Shown in pieces: positions 25,612 to 38,704 of a stretch of DNA of 64,000 nt (the stretch's first letter is position 1; each line of letters starts with the position of its first letter). Made by a program: the position numbers and the translations under genes. This DNA is from Mobula hypostoma (taxonomy: Eukaryota), in contig NC_086108.1 in the NCBI RefSeq assembly GCF_963921235.1, forward strand, positions 80,416,001 to 80,480,000, given 5' to 3'. The notes under the pieces are model-generated. The model had not been told where the DNA came from and made no database searches. It worked only from the letters and a program-made list of their open reading frames with translations.

Positions 25612-25895
25612 ATAACCATGGGTGTGGTCTTTGTCATCATAACCGTGGGTGTGTTTTTATGTGTCTATAATAACCATGGGTGCTGTTTTTATTTACCAAT
25701 AATCCACTATGTGTAGTTTTTATTTACCCATAATACCATGCGTGTGGTTTTTATTTACCCATAATACCATGCGTGTGGTTTTTAATTTACCCATAATAAC
25801 CATGGGTGTGGTTTCTATTTTCCTATAATAACCATGGGTGTGGTTTTTCTTTGCCCACAATAACCATGGGTCTGATTTTGATTTATCCATAATAA
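25612..25895. repeat. Minisatellite, unit about 30-32 bp, about 9 copies
   Basis: Repeated AATAACCATGGGTGTGGTTTTTATTTACCCAT-like unit. Confidence 0.9.
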
Positions 25896-26241
25896 AATAT
25901 GGATTGTTTGGGTCAAATTACTTCTTTCAGTGGTGTAAATCTTATGCAAATCTACTCCAATGACTTTATGTTCTGTTCTTCCTCTTTATCTCACATCTGG
26001 ACTCTCCCCATCTTCTGTCCATTTAACATTTTGCCTTTTTCATGACTGGACTGATTCTTCCTATCAATACTATTTCTGCTCAAGTGAACGCCATCCTTTC
26101 CTTCCACCTGCCCACAGATTTTGACATCAATCATATGATGACAGCAGTGAAAATTCCCCAGAGCAAGAGCCAGCACCTGGAAGGAAACAAAATGAAAATT
26201 GTGGGATGAATTAGTAAACCTTCCCATCACAGCTTGTAATA

Positions 26242-26537
26242 TAGAAACATAGAAACATAGAAAATAGGTGCAGGAGTAGGCCATTCGGCCCTTTGAGCCT
26301 GCACCACCATTTATTATGATCATGGCTGATCATCCAACTCAGAACCCTGCACCAGCCTTCCCTCCATACCCCCTGATCCCCGTAGCCACAAGGGCCATAT
26401 CTAACTCCCTCTTAAATATAGCCAATGAACTGGCCTCAACTGTTTCCTGTGGCAGAGAATTCCACAGATTCACCACTCTCTGTGTGAAGAAGTTTTTCCT
26501 AATCTCAGTCCTAAAAGGCTTCCCCTTTATCCTCAAA
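26242..26537 (-). mobile_element. Young CR1 3' end
   Basis: Near-identical reverse complement of 30478-30773; KPFRTEIRKNFFTQRVVNLWNSLP. Confidence 0.95.
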
Positions 26538-26789
26538 TGTTGGTGTTCTTTCTCTTTATTCATAGCTTGTATAGATATGGGTCCTGCTGGCCAGGCTGCC
26601 TTTTGTTATGCATCTCCAGGTGGTCTTGCGTAGTGGCAATGCCTTTTGCAGTACTGCATTTTGTCAGGTGGAGAGCCTCCCTTTGTGTTGTTGGGTTAGG
26701 AGTTACAGTACTTAAACTCTAAATCAGGAAGGTATGGGAGGAAACGCATTGGCATGGATTGGAAACTACAGAAACTAGAAAAGAGTTGA

Positions 26790-27935
26790 AATAAATTGGG
26801 TCTTTTGAGGCTGGAGAGATGTACCCAGCACCGTACCATAGGATTCAATTCTTGGCCCTCGATTGTTTAATATCTACATTAATGATTTGGAGGAGGGATT
26901 GAAATGTAGTTTTCCAAGTTTGTTGAAGATATGAAAATAGGTGGAAGGGAATGTTGTTAGGAAGACATTATGATTCTACAGGTAGATTGAATGGTTGGGA
27001 AAAACCTAGAAAATGGAGGTTAATATAGGAAAGTGTGGTATGAAGAATCAAAAGGTGGATTATTATCCAAATGGAGGGAGATAGCAAACGAGTGAAATTC
27101 AAAGGGATTTATTGTTCTAGTGCATGAATCACAAAACAAGCTGGTATATTCAACCGCAGTTAAGAAGACAAACAACTTATTGGCCCTTATTGTTTCATGT
27201 TTAGGAATAAGGAAGTTTTGTTTCAGTTTTAAAGGATGCTGGTGTGGCCCATATCTGGAATATTGCACATCATTTTGGTCCTTTACCCGAAAAAGTATAC
27301 AGTTGCTTTAGGGACAGTTCAAAGGAGATTAAACAGACTAGCTGCTGGGATGAGAGGAAAGTCCTATTAAAAGAGGCTAGGCAGATTGGATCTCTGTTCC
27401 TTGGAATTTGGAAGAATGAAGGGTTTTCTTATTCAAACATACAAGCTCCTAAAGGAGCTTGACACGGTAGATGTTGGGCAACATACACAAAGTGTTGGAT
27501 GAAGGGTCACAGCCCAAAACATTGACTGTTTACTCTTTTCCATAGATGCTGCCTGGCCTGCTGAGTTCCTCCAGCCTCCTGTGTGTGTTGCTTGGATTTC
27601 CAGCATCTGCAGATTTTCTTGTGTTTGTGAGGGTAGATGTTGAGATGTTTTCACGATTGGGACAATCACAAACTAGTAGACATGGACCACAACTGGGAGG
27701 CTTGTCATTCAAAATGCAGGCATTGAAATTGCTTCTCTTGGAAGGGATTGAGCTTCTGCCCGTGAGAATGGGGGAAGATAGATCATTAGAGACATTTATG
27801 GTGGAGGTAGATAAATACTTGGAAGATTGAAGAACTGAAAGTTGGTGGGAAACTGGCACATGAGAAAGCGGTACAGATCAGCCATGATCATATTGAATAG
27901 TGAATCAGGGGCCTGGCCATCTATTCCTGCTCTTT
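26790..27935 (+). mobile_element. Old degraded CR1 RT/3' region, interrupted by a PLE fragment
   Basis: Remnants of GVPQGSILGPxLFNIYINDL, SKFVEDMK and PYLEYC..FWS. Confidence 0.75.
27477..27631. mobile_element. Penelope-like fragment with short inverted arm, inserted in CR1
   Basis: 11-bp TSD GGTAGATGTTG at 27466-27476 and 27632-27642. Confidence 0.85.
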
Positions 27936-29366
27936 CTTACTCATATTCTTATACGTGCTATCTGGAAGAAAGCCTTCAAATGGCGGTGGTCTTCTTTGAC
28001 ACCTGCTGCTCATCGTTGAAAGATGCTGTGGTGTAAGCTTGATGCACTGCAACCACGTTCAATAAAGTCCAGAGTGTGAAAGCAGAGCATGTCAGTGTAG
28101 CAACTCATGCCTGAAACAACTTGTCAATTGTCTTTGTGACACAAGATACTTTGAAAAAGAAATAGCCCTATAAGCCCAGTAACTCCAACTTTTATAAAGC
28201 TAATACGATCAGTTCCCAGTCATGATCGCAACAGCTTTAGACATTAAAAGTCTCTCCTTGGAAGCAAATATGAAGTTATCTAAATGAGTCAGAATTAATC
28301 AGAATATCCTAAATGTATTTACCCAGCTGTCAAGTTTAGCAAATAAATATCCAAAAGAAACCTTTTTCTGAGGATGATAAAACATATAATGGTTTTGGTT
28401 TTAATGCAATTGGTTCAATGATAATGTTACAATAGTACAATAGTGTACATATTTTTAAGATCATTCATGTCCTGCATTACTGCCCAGCAGATTCTCTGAT
28501 ACAGTGTTAAGAAGCCTCACATTTGATTGGTTATTTATCCTGCGATCTGAATTCTTTCATACTTTACGCCATGTCTCCTATATTTCATTTCTTCCAGATT
28601 AAATCTGTAGAACCTTTCTTAATCTCTATGGAGAGAGAAACAAGATTAACATTTCAGGCCAATGACATGTCTTGAAAGTCAGATACATGAAATGTTAACT
28701 CTGCTTCGCCTCCACAGGTACTGCTTGACCTGTTGATCATTTTTATTTCGGATTTCCAGCATTTGTTTTTGTGCCCATGGCATTTCTCTGTGTAATAATT
28801 CAGGCCATTCAAATATCAAAGGAGGTTTACTAACTAAAAATGACAAAATATATTCCCAGCAGGTAGATAATGTTGATGCAACTTAAACCAAGGTATTGAG
28901 AGCTGCTCCTGACAGTTTTACGTACTGTACAGAATAGATTCGTATTTAATTTATTTCACAATATGTCACTCCTTTCTCCGTGAGTCAGTATGGCCACCAC
29001 TTTCTCATTTTGAATACCATCTTCAGAGTAATTTGTTTAGACCACAAAATATGGCTCAAGAAAACAGGCCTTTTTTGCATATTTTCTGTGCTCCCTGGCA
29101 CCGTAATTCACTATCGCACTTTGACCTATATGGCTCCTACACTGTTCCAGGCAAGCCTAACACAGACATGAGGAACTGTGCTCCATCTTCCCTGAGGGCA
29201 CAATGTTGCCTAAGGGACAATTACAATCATCAACAATTGCAGGCATCTTGCTTTTCCTGTTCGTATCACCATTGGCTGGTTCTGCTGTATGGTTATCCCT
29301 CCATAACAGTAACAAACTTTTCACTCTCCATAACCACTGCCTGATCTGTTGAGTATTTTCTATATT

Positions 29367-29580
29367 TAGAGATACAGTACAGTAACAAGCTGTTCCAGCC
29401 CAACAAGCCCATTCTGCCCATTTACACTCATCTGACCAATCATCCCATACGACTTTGGAATGTGGGAGGAAACCTAGGTGGTCATGGGCAGAATATGCAA
29501 ACTCCTTATAGACAGTGGCAGAATTGAACCCAGGCCGCTGCTGTTATAATTGAGTTCCACTAACCACTAAGCTGTCGTTC
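29367..29580 (-). mobile_element. V-domain SINE (HE1-like), degraded
   Basis: CTTTGGAATGTGGGAGGAAACC core; GAATTGAACCC is the reverse B box. Confidence 0.7.
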
Positions 29581-30119
29581 CAGCCAAACTCTTTCGGTTT
29601 TGTCTATCTCAATGTCTCTAGATGGCACAGAAACACATTACTAAAGCAACCATTACCATCTTAGCTTTCTTAACTACCCAAAGATTACGATTAGAAAGCA
29701 TTCGTTCTTGGTCATGTTTAACTCAGATGCTTTTGATGTTCTTGTGATAGTTTATGTGGAAGAGTACCCTTCAATAGCTAGCAAGGACAAGTGGTTAACA
29801 ATGGTATTGCAACACTAAGGGTAAAGTCGCTACCCTTTACCAGATTACTGATTTAATGACACTCAGGAAGTCACTGTCTCTTTTGCCTGGTGAGTAATGA
29901 ACATAAGAAAAAAGCTGATCAGTTATAGGTCAGTTACACAGAATGGACAGCAATGCAAACCAGATTGTCAGCCCAAGTGATTCACGCTAGTCTCAACATA
30001 AATCTCCTTCTCCCATTCTTCATTTAACTTCTCTGATTTCACATTTGTTTAGTTGTCACACATACATTGAAACATCCAGGGTAACACGTCACTTGTGTTG
30101 ACAACCCATACGACATAAA

Positions 30120-30773
30120 TGGTATGCTGGCATCTATAGCGAGAGGATTCGAGTACAGGAGCAGGGAGGTACTACTGCAGTTGTACAAGGCCTTGGTGAG
30201 ACCACACCTGGAGTATTGTGTGCAGTTTTGGTCCCCTAATCTGAGGAAAGACATCTTTGCCATAGAGGGAGTACAAAGAAGGTTCACCAGATTGATTCCT
30301 GGGATGGCAGGACTTTCATATGAAGAAAGACTGGATGAACTGGGCTTGTACTCGTTGGAATTTAGAAGATTGAGGGGGGATCTGATTGAAACGTATAAGA
30401 TCCTAAAGGGATTGGACAGGCTAGATGCAGGAAGATTGTTCCCGATGTTGGGGAAGTCCAGAACGAGGGGTCACAGTTTGAGTATAGAGGGGAAGCCTTT
30501 TAGGACCGAGATTAGGAAAAACTTCTTCACACAGAGAGTGGTGAATCTGTGGAATTCTCTGCCACAGCAAACTGTTGAGGCCAGTTCATTGGCTATGTTT
30601 AAGAGGGAGTTAGATATGGCCCTTGTGGCTACAGGGGTCAGGGGGTATGGAGGGAAGGCTGGGGCGGGGTTCTGAGTTGGATGATCAGCCACGATCATAA
30701 TAAATGGCGGTGCAGGCTCGAAGGGCCGAATGGCCTACTCCTGCACCTATTTTCTATGTTTCTATGTTTCTAT
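30120..30773 (+). mobile_element. Young 5'-truncated CR1
   Basis: Uninterrupted 183-aa ORF2 C-terminus (30124-30675); (TTTCTATG)n tail. Confidence 0.96.
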
Positions 30774-31709
30774 AAAGATGTGCTGGGAGCGTCCCACATG
30801 TGTCGCCACACATTAAGAGCCACCAACATAACATGCCCACAATGTTTTACAGAATAAAAGAAGCAGCAATAACATCAACAATGTCAACAAAACAAATCAA
30901 TAACAGCAAAACAAGCCCCTCTCCTCCCTCCCTCGCTCCCACCCACCCAGACAGGTCTTCAACCCAGGAGAGGCCAAGTGCCGGTCTCCAACCTTCAGTC
31001 CCTGGCCTGGACTTGCAGACACTGAGTCTCCAATTTCCAGACACGTCGAAACAGGAGCTTCAACAATTGGGCCTTGACTTCTAGATTCATTGACTTTGGT
31101 CTTCACCCTTTCAGATTCATACTTTGTTATCGACCACAGGACTTGTCAATCACGGAACTTTGAATTCCAGGTCTCAAACTCCTGACTTGCACAGACCTCT
31201 GACCCCAGGACTTACCAAACGGGTATGACATTGGCCCTCAAGCCTCCATTTGGATGGATACCTATCCTGGGATTCACCCACCATAGAATCACCAGCCCTT
31301 GACCATGGGGCCCAACTTTCCTGGTCATTGAACATGGCGTTTGCTGGACTTCATCCTCAGTGCCTGCCAACCTGACATCCATCACTGGTCTTCAATAACA
31401 GAACACTCCAACCTGGACTCTGGCTCCCACCCTGACTCTCCGTTTACTGCCCCTGAACACTAACTCCACTCATTCCTGTCCCTAAGCACTAGCCTGTCTC
31501 CAATTCCCTGCACTGTCCCCAAAACCATCCCAAAGGCCCTAAAGAGCAACTAAGTCTGAACCAAAACCCAACACATATTGTAGCTTGGTGTTATCTTGAC
31601 TAATTTCTGTCACACATTCCATGAAATTCATCTTTTGGAACCCAAGTATTCCATTTCCACAGTAACCATAATTGTTTTGTCACTCAGAAAAACTGCTGAT
31701 GCCATCGTT

Positions 31710-31981
31710 ACCCAACGCAGACTGGGAGACCATTTCGCTGAACACCTATGCTCTGTCCGCCAGAGAAAGCAGGATCTCCCAGTGGCCACACATTTTAATT
31801 CCACGTCCCATTCCCATTCTGATATGTCCATCCATGGCCTCCTCTACTGTCAAGATGGAGCCACACTCAGGTTGGAGGAACAACACCTTATATTCCGTCT
31901 GGGTAGCCTCCAACCTGATGGCATGAACATTGACTTCTCTAACTTCCATTAATTCCCCTCCTCCCCTTCTTACCCCATCTC

Positions 31982-32012
<31 letters not shown>

Positions 32013-32345
32013 TTTTCCCCTTTCTTTCTCCCTCTGTCCCTCTCACTATATCTTCCTCTGGTGCTCCCCTCCCCCTTTCTTTCTCCCTAGGCCTCTCGTC
32101 CCATGATCCTCTCCCTTCTCCAGCCTGGTATCCCTTTTGCCAATCAACTTTCCAGCTCTTAGCTTCATCCCTTCCCCTCCTGTCTTCTCCTATCATTTCG
32201 GATCTCTCCCTCCCCCTCCTACTTTCAAATCCCTTACTATCTCTTCTTTCAGTTAGTCCTGATGAAGGGTCTTGGCCCGAAACGTCGACTGTACCTCTTC
32301 TTGTGGATGCTGCCTGGCCTGCTGCGTTCACCAGCATTTTGTTTG
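31710..32345 (+). mobile_element. Penelope-like element 3' part: GIY-YIG endonuclease C-terminus (31710-31952), CT-rich UTR, hammerhead-bearing terminus
   Basis: TQRRLGDHFAEHLCSV..PVATHFNSTSHS..LRLEEQHLIFRLGSLQPDGMN fits the PLE GIY-YIG pattern (T.R.L..R..EH, HF...H, E...I..L....P.G.N); includes (TTTA)n at about 31983-32013. Confidence 0.9.
32255..32290 (+). ncRNA. Minimal type-I hammerhead ribozyme motif
   Basis: AGTC-CTGATGA-A-GGGTCTTGGCCC-GAAAC-GTC-GACT, on the same strand as the GIY-YIG ORF. Confidence 0.85.
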
Positions 32346-33214
32346 TACCATCACTCATTATCCATGTCCCAGTGAGAGGGAGAATCGATATTCAAGAGTG
32401 TTGCTAGACTCCTGATCATATCTCACTCGCTTCTATCACTGTCCTATCTCTTGGATTAGAAATTGATGTAAAAATTTACAACTCACAAAAAATTAGTATG
32501 TGCTACAAAAATCATGCTAACCTTAAGTAGATTCATTTTGCACACATTTCTAGATGTCTTAGCACTGGTCAGTAAAATCATCTTTTTTTCCCCTCAAGGT
32601 TTCTATGCAATGGTAAAATTTTATCAACCATATTGGTCTGAGAAGCCTTTATCTTTCTTCACTCACAAATCAGTCAGCAGGTACTAAGCTGATTGTTCAG
32701 AAATATTACTTCAAAGGGCCTGCAATTTGCAATCTGGTGTTGCACACTGTTCTACACATTCACCATTCGCTCCGCACTTTGCTCAGACTCACTGACGCCT
32801 CCCAGCATCAACAAGCATTGATCTCAAAGCAAAACTAACCTAGAGGGGATTTGTTTAGATATTAAACTCCTGAATAATAGTAATGGGGATCAGGAGCTGC
32901 ACCTCAGGGACCATGCCAGTCCTGGTCCCAGTCCAATTGAAGAGGCATTGCTCATTCTCCCCTTCCTTCCAATGAATAGGATAGCGATTCAACTGACGGT
33001 TGCCCATATTTCTGATGTCTCAGACCCATCTGAACTATGCCTTGAGACCTTGAACATTTTAAATCTTCCAAATAATAAAGAGAAGTAAGCATAAGCAGAA
33101 AGAGAGACACGAAAATTACTTAAAGTGCTACAAAGCTTTTTAATAAAAATAATCTGCATGTGACCCTGCACACATATTTAAGTGGGTAGATGGATGACCA
33201 CAACAGTGTTCAGA

Positions 33215-35968
33215 AAGAAAGACCATACAACATTAGGCCATTTGGCCCATCCAGTTTTCTCTGCCATTCCATCACGGCTGATTTATTATCCCTCTCAGTT
33301 CTATTCTCCTGCTGTCTCCCTGTAACAACTGATGTCCTGACTAATCAAGAACCTTTCAAACTCTGCTTTAAACATGCTTAATGACATAGACCCCACAGCC
33401 ACCCAGATTCTCCGGCCTCTGGTTAAAGATATTCTTCCTCATCACTGTTCTAAATGTATGTCCCTCTATTCTGAGGCTGTGCCTTCTGGTCCTAGATTTC
33501 CCACTATAGGAAACATTCTCTCCACACCCTCTCTATCTAGGCCTTTCAATGTTCAACAGGTTTCAATGAGGTCGCCCTTCATTCTTCTAAACTCCAGCAA
33601 GTACAGGCCTGGAGCCATCAAACACTCCTCATACTTTAACCCTTCCACTCCTGAAATCATTCTCATGAAGCTCCTCTGTACCCTCTCCAATGCCAGCACA
33701 TCTTTTCTTTGATAGAGGGTCCAAAATTGCTCAGAATACTCCAAGTGCAGTCTGAACAAAGCCTCAGCATTACAGCCTTGCTCTTATATTCTAGTCTTCT
33801 TGAAATGAATGCTAACATTGCATTTGCCTTCCTCACCACCGACTCAACCTTTAGGGAATCCTGCATGAGGACTCCCAAATCCCTTTGCACCTCTGATTTT
33901 TGAATTTCCTCCCCATTCAGAAAATAGTCTATGCCTTTATTCCTTCTACAAAGTGCATGACTATACATTTCCCTGCATTATATTGCACTTGTTACTTCTT
34001 TGCCAATTCTCCCAATCTGTCTAAGTACTTCTGCAGAGTCCCTGCTTCATCAATGCTACCTTCCCCTCCAGCTATATTTGTATTGTCCACAAACTTGGCC
34101 ATAAAGCCATCAATTCTGTCATTCAAGTTACTGACATTTAAAGTGAAAAGAAGCAGTCCCAACAATGATGCATGTGGAACACCATTAGTTACTGGCAGCC
34201 AATCAGAAAAGGCTCCCTTTATTCCTACTCTCTGTCTCCTGCCAATTAGCCAATGCTGCATCCGTGCTAGTATCTTTCCTGTAATACCATGGATCTTATC
34301 TTGTTAAGCAGCCTCATGTGCGGCACCTTGTCAAAGGTCTTCCGAAAATCCAAGTACACAACACCCACTGACTCTCCTTTGTCTATCTTGCCTGGTATTA
34401 GACTTAAAACAGATTTGTCATGCAAGGTTTCCCTGTATCCTTCACTGTGAAGACTGATGCAAAATAAGTTCATCTACTTTTTTGTTGTCCCCCATTACTA
34501 CCTCTGCAGCAGTCTAATATCCACTTTTGCCTCTCTCTTATACTCTTTATGTATCTAAAAACTTTTGGTATCCACTTTTATATTACTGACTGGCTTACCT
34601 TCATATTTCATCTTTTCTCTCCTTATAGCTTTTTAGTTGCCTTCTGCTGTTTTTTAAAAGCTTCCTAATCCTCTAACTTCCCACTAATACTTGCTATATT
34701 ATATGCTTTCTCTTTTGCTTTTATGCTGTCTTTGACTTCCCTTTAACAGTTGCCTCAATCTCCCTTTAGAATACTTCTGCTTTGGGATGTATCCATCCTG
34801 TGCCTTCTGAGTTGTCACCAGAAACTCCAGCCATTGCTGTTCTACCATCTTCCCTGCTAGTGTCCCATTCAAATCAATGTTGTCTTTCTCTTCTCTCCTG
34901 CCTCTGCAATTCCCTTTACTCCACTGTAATACCGATACATCTGACTTATCCCTCTCAATCTGCAGGGTAAATTCTATCACATCATTATCACTATATTCTA
35001 AGGGTTCCTTTACCTTAAGCTCCCTAATCAAATCTGGCTGTTTAAACAATAACCATTCCAGAATTGCCATTGACATAGTGGGCTCAGCCAATAGCTGCTC
35101 TAAAAAACTATCTCATAGGCTTTCTACAAATTCCCTCTCTTGACATCCAGCACCAACCTGATTTTCCCAATCTATCTGCATATTGAGATTCCCCCATCAC
35201 TATTGTAACATTGTCCTTATTACATGACTTTTCTATTTCCGTCATAATATGTATCCCACATCCTGGCTACTATTTGGAACCCTGTACATAACTCACATAG
35301 GGTCTTTTTACCCTTGCTGTTTCTGAACTTATACCCACAGGGATTCTATATCTTCTGAACATAAGACACCTCTTTCTAAGTATTTAATTTCATTTTTTAC
35401 CAATAGAACAACCCCACCTCCTCCAAGTACCTGTCTATCCTTTTGATACAATCTGTATTATTGGTGTTAAGGTCCCAATTATAATATTTAGTTACAACTC
35501 AGTGATGCCCACAACGTCATAGCTGCCAATCTCTGACTGCGCTACAAGATCATCTACTTTATTCCATATACAGTGTGCATTCAATTATAACACCTTCAGT
35601 CCTGTATTTATCACTTTTTGATTTTGGCTCCATTTAACACTTCAACAAATCCCACTGAATGCAATTTTGCCTATCATCTGCCTGTTCTTTCTCATAATCT
35701 CACTACACACTGCCTCTGCTTGTATCCCAACTGTCTCATCCTCTGCCCTATCGCTCTAGCTCCAATCCCCTGACAAATCAGTTTAAATTCTCCCAAGCAG
35801 CTTTAGTTAAGCTGGTGCGAGAATATTCATCTCTCTCATGTTCAGGTGTAACCTGTCCTTTTTGTACAGGTCATACCTTTGCCAAAGGAGATCCCAATGA
35901 TCCACAAGTCTGAAACCTTTCTGCCTGCACCAATCCCTCAGCCACACATTCATCTGCCAAATCATCCT
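33215..35968 (-). mobile_element. Long degraded CR1 (end of ORF1, ORF2 with deletions, 3' UTR)
   Basis: Minus-strand ORF pieces: VYLDFRKTFDKVPH, WLPVTNGVPHASLLG, RLHLEYSEQFW, VKEPLEYSDNDVIEF. Confidence 0.9.
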
Positions 35969-36629
35969 TACATCCTTTACATTTGGTAAGGCTAATTTTC
36001 TGAAGGTTTTCTCATATCAAACCAAACAGAACATAGGTGAGACAATAACTTGACAGAAACCTGGCACAACTTTTTGCACCCATTAATCAATCAGAAAATC
36101 ACAAGATCCTCCACTTGGCCACAAGGTGCGTGTTAGATGTAATGCTCAAATCTCACCACAAGATGGTGAGAGATAGATTCTTTGCTGGGTCAAAGTCACT
36201 GCTTCACTCATTAAACATTCAGCTGTGTTCATTATTATCATTTGATGTACAAATTGCATGAAAGGTGCTTTCCACCTGACAATGTGCTGACAACTCCTTG
36301 CTATCAACTTCAAATATCTCTTCAGAACATTTCTTCTTAACATTCAGCAAAGACTCTTAATTGGCTTTGGCCCTTCTGCAGCTCAGTGCCAAAGAAAATA
36401 TTGTAAAGCAAGTTGTTACGTAAAGCCAGATTTGAAGGTATCGGAATGGGTAGCTGCATGATCAGATTCTGGAGTTTAGTTTTTGCAATTCAGGCAAGAT
36501 GTCAGGGTGCAGGGAATGAACCCAGGGCTCTCTCTGGCATGGACCAAAGAGGAGGAAAGAAAAACAATCTGAGAGAGATGGATTTGCATCTGTTCTGGAA
36601 GATAGTTACAGAGCAGGAATGCAGCAGAT

Positions 36630-37860
36630 TGCTAAAGGCCGAAATTACTTTTTTTAAACCTTCTTTGAGTGATCCAATTTTTTTACTTTGGGAAAAATAA
36701 AGGTATTAATTCTTTTTTGGATTTATTTAAAGAAGATTGATGTCTTTTGAACAATTAATTGATAAATATTCTCTTTCATACTCACACTTTCTGCAATACC
36801 TTCAAGTTAGACATTTTTTACAAAAATATTTAAGTAATTTTCCTTACATATTGGAGGCTGACCTGTTAGATACGATTATAAGTACAAATCCTTCAATCAA
36901 GGGTCCTATTGGAAGAATTTATAATTTACTATTACAATGGGATAAGCGTCCTTTATCTAAGATTAAACAGGATTGGGAAAAGGAACTCAATTTGACTTTT
37001 ATGACGGAGGATTGGATACGGATTTTGAAGTTGGTTAACTCTTCAATTTGTGCTAGCCATTCATTGATTCAATTTAAAATTGTACATCGTTATCATTTGA
37101 CGAAGGAGAGACTTTCTAAAATCTTTTCTAATGTTGGTAGTCAATGTGATAGATGTAAAACTGAGATAGCTACACTGACACATATGTTTTTGTCTTGTTC
37201 TATATTGGAACAGTTCTGGAAGTCGGTTTTTTCAACAATTTCTAAAGCCACTTAAAATTATCTACAACCTAATAAATTAACTGTGCTTTTTGGAATAATT
37301 CCTCAAAATATTCATGGTATTTCTGTGTCTGACCAACGTGTTATTGCATTTGTTACATTGATAGCTAGGAGGGCCATTTTGTTGAAGTGGAAGGATATAT
37401 CAGAAGGTTACAGTGGTTACAAGGTTACATATGTCACAATGGTTCTCTCAAGTGATACTGTGTCTTAGTTTGGAGAAAATTAGAAGTTGAACCTTTGAAC
37501 CTTTATTTGATTGTGAGAAAAGATGGAGCTCATTTGCTTGTAATTATCAGTTGAGCTAATTGATAGATTTTTTCCACGATCTAATTATAAATTTTTTGGT
37601 ATATTTTCTTTTCTTGCTGGCGGTTTGATGTTTATTTTTAGAAGCTTTTTGTATGACGCATGGTTCCGGGGTTGTACACCTAATGGGTTCTTTTTTTTCT
37701 CTCACTTTTTCTGCTTAGTAGGTTATTTTTGTTATCACAAATTTTTTTTCAATCTTTAAGATAATGTCTTTGAGACATTGTAAGTGTTGTTACTTCAATG
37801 TACTCGTGTTATTTCTTTTGTATAATATAACAATAAAAAGATCTGAAAAGAAAGAAGAAA
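36630..37860 (+). mobile_element. L1/Tx1-clade LINE 3' part
   Basis: ORF 36737-37255 with FLQYLQVRHF, LIQFKIVHR and zinc knuckle CDRC..HMFLSC; T-rich 3' UTR, AATAAA and A-rich tail. Confidence 0.9.
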
Positions 37861-38026
37861 GATTGCCAAAGGCAGCTTGCAGAGCAAATTTGGAAACATG
37901 CAAACAGTACTGAGGGAACAATGCTTAGAGAAAATCAGGAAAAATAAATTCATAAAGAATTCAAAGCAACTTTGTAGTAAAATATTGCTGAATTTTTTTT
38001 GGCATTTACCAATACCAGGGAAAATG

Positions 38027-38382
38027 AATCAGGATCGGTTTATTATCACTAATATATTTTTAAAATTTACAAAAGCAGTACAATGCAATACGTGATAATA
38101 TAGAAATAAAAATAAAAATTGTGAATTACAGTATTTATTATATATAATACAGTAAGTGGTGAAAATAGTTGAATTAAATACATAAGTAGTAAAAAAAAAC
38201 AGAAATAAAAAGTAGTGAGGTAGTATTCACAGGGCTAAACACACATACATGAGGCACTCCAGTGTTGACTGTCAGTGAGATGGAAGTGTTATTTACAAAC
38301 CTCACAGGTTGTGGTATTCCAGCTAGGAAGTCAAGGATCCAGTTGCAGAGGGAGGTACAGAGGCCCAGGTTCTGGAGCTTTA
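38027..38382 (-). mobile_element. Rex1/Babar LINE 3' fragments
   Basis: Reverse tail AATCAGGATCGGTTTATTATCAC; minus-strand RT remnant ([10 protein letters not shown]). Confidence 0.6.
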
Positions 38383-38704
38383 CAAAGTTCAGAGTTTAAA
38401 GTGCATTTATTATCAAAGAATGTATAAATTATACAACCTTGAGATTTGTTTGCTCATTTTAAAATATAGAAATTTGATAAAGCAGCACACAGCAGAAACC
38501 CAAAAGAGCCCAATTAAAGAAAAAAAAAACTAAAAATGAAAGACCAACGCCTGACATGCAAGAGAAAGGGAAAAAAATACAAACAATTGAAATGAGCCAC
38601 AACAATCCGAACTGAGTCCTCAGATCTGAACTCTGGAGCAGGCCAGAGTAGGCCCAATCCCTCATCTATCAGTTCATCATATAAGCTGTTGTAACAATAA
38701 GTGC

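Noticed and set aside
25612..25895. CRISPR-like ~30-bp periodicity
   Set aside because: No unique spacers, no cas genes, eukaryotic context; it is a minisatellite.
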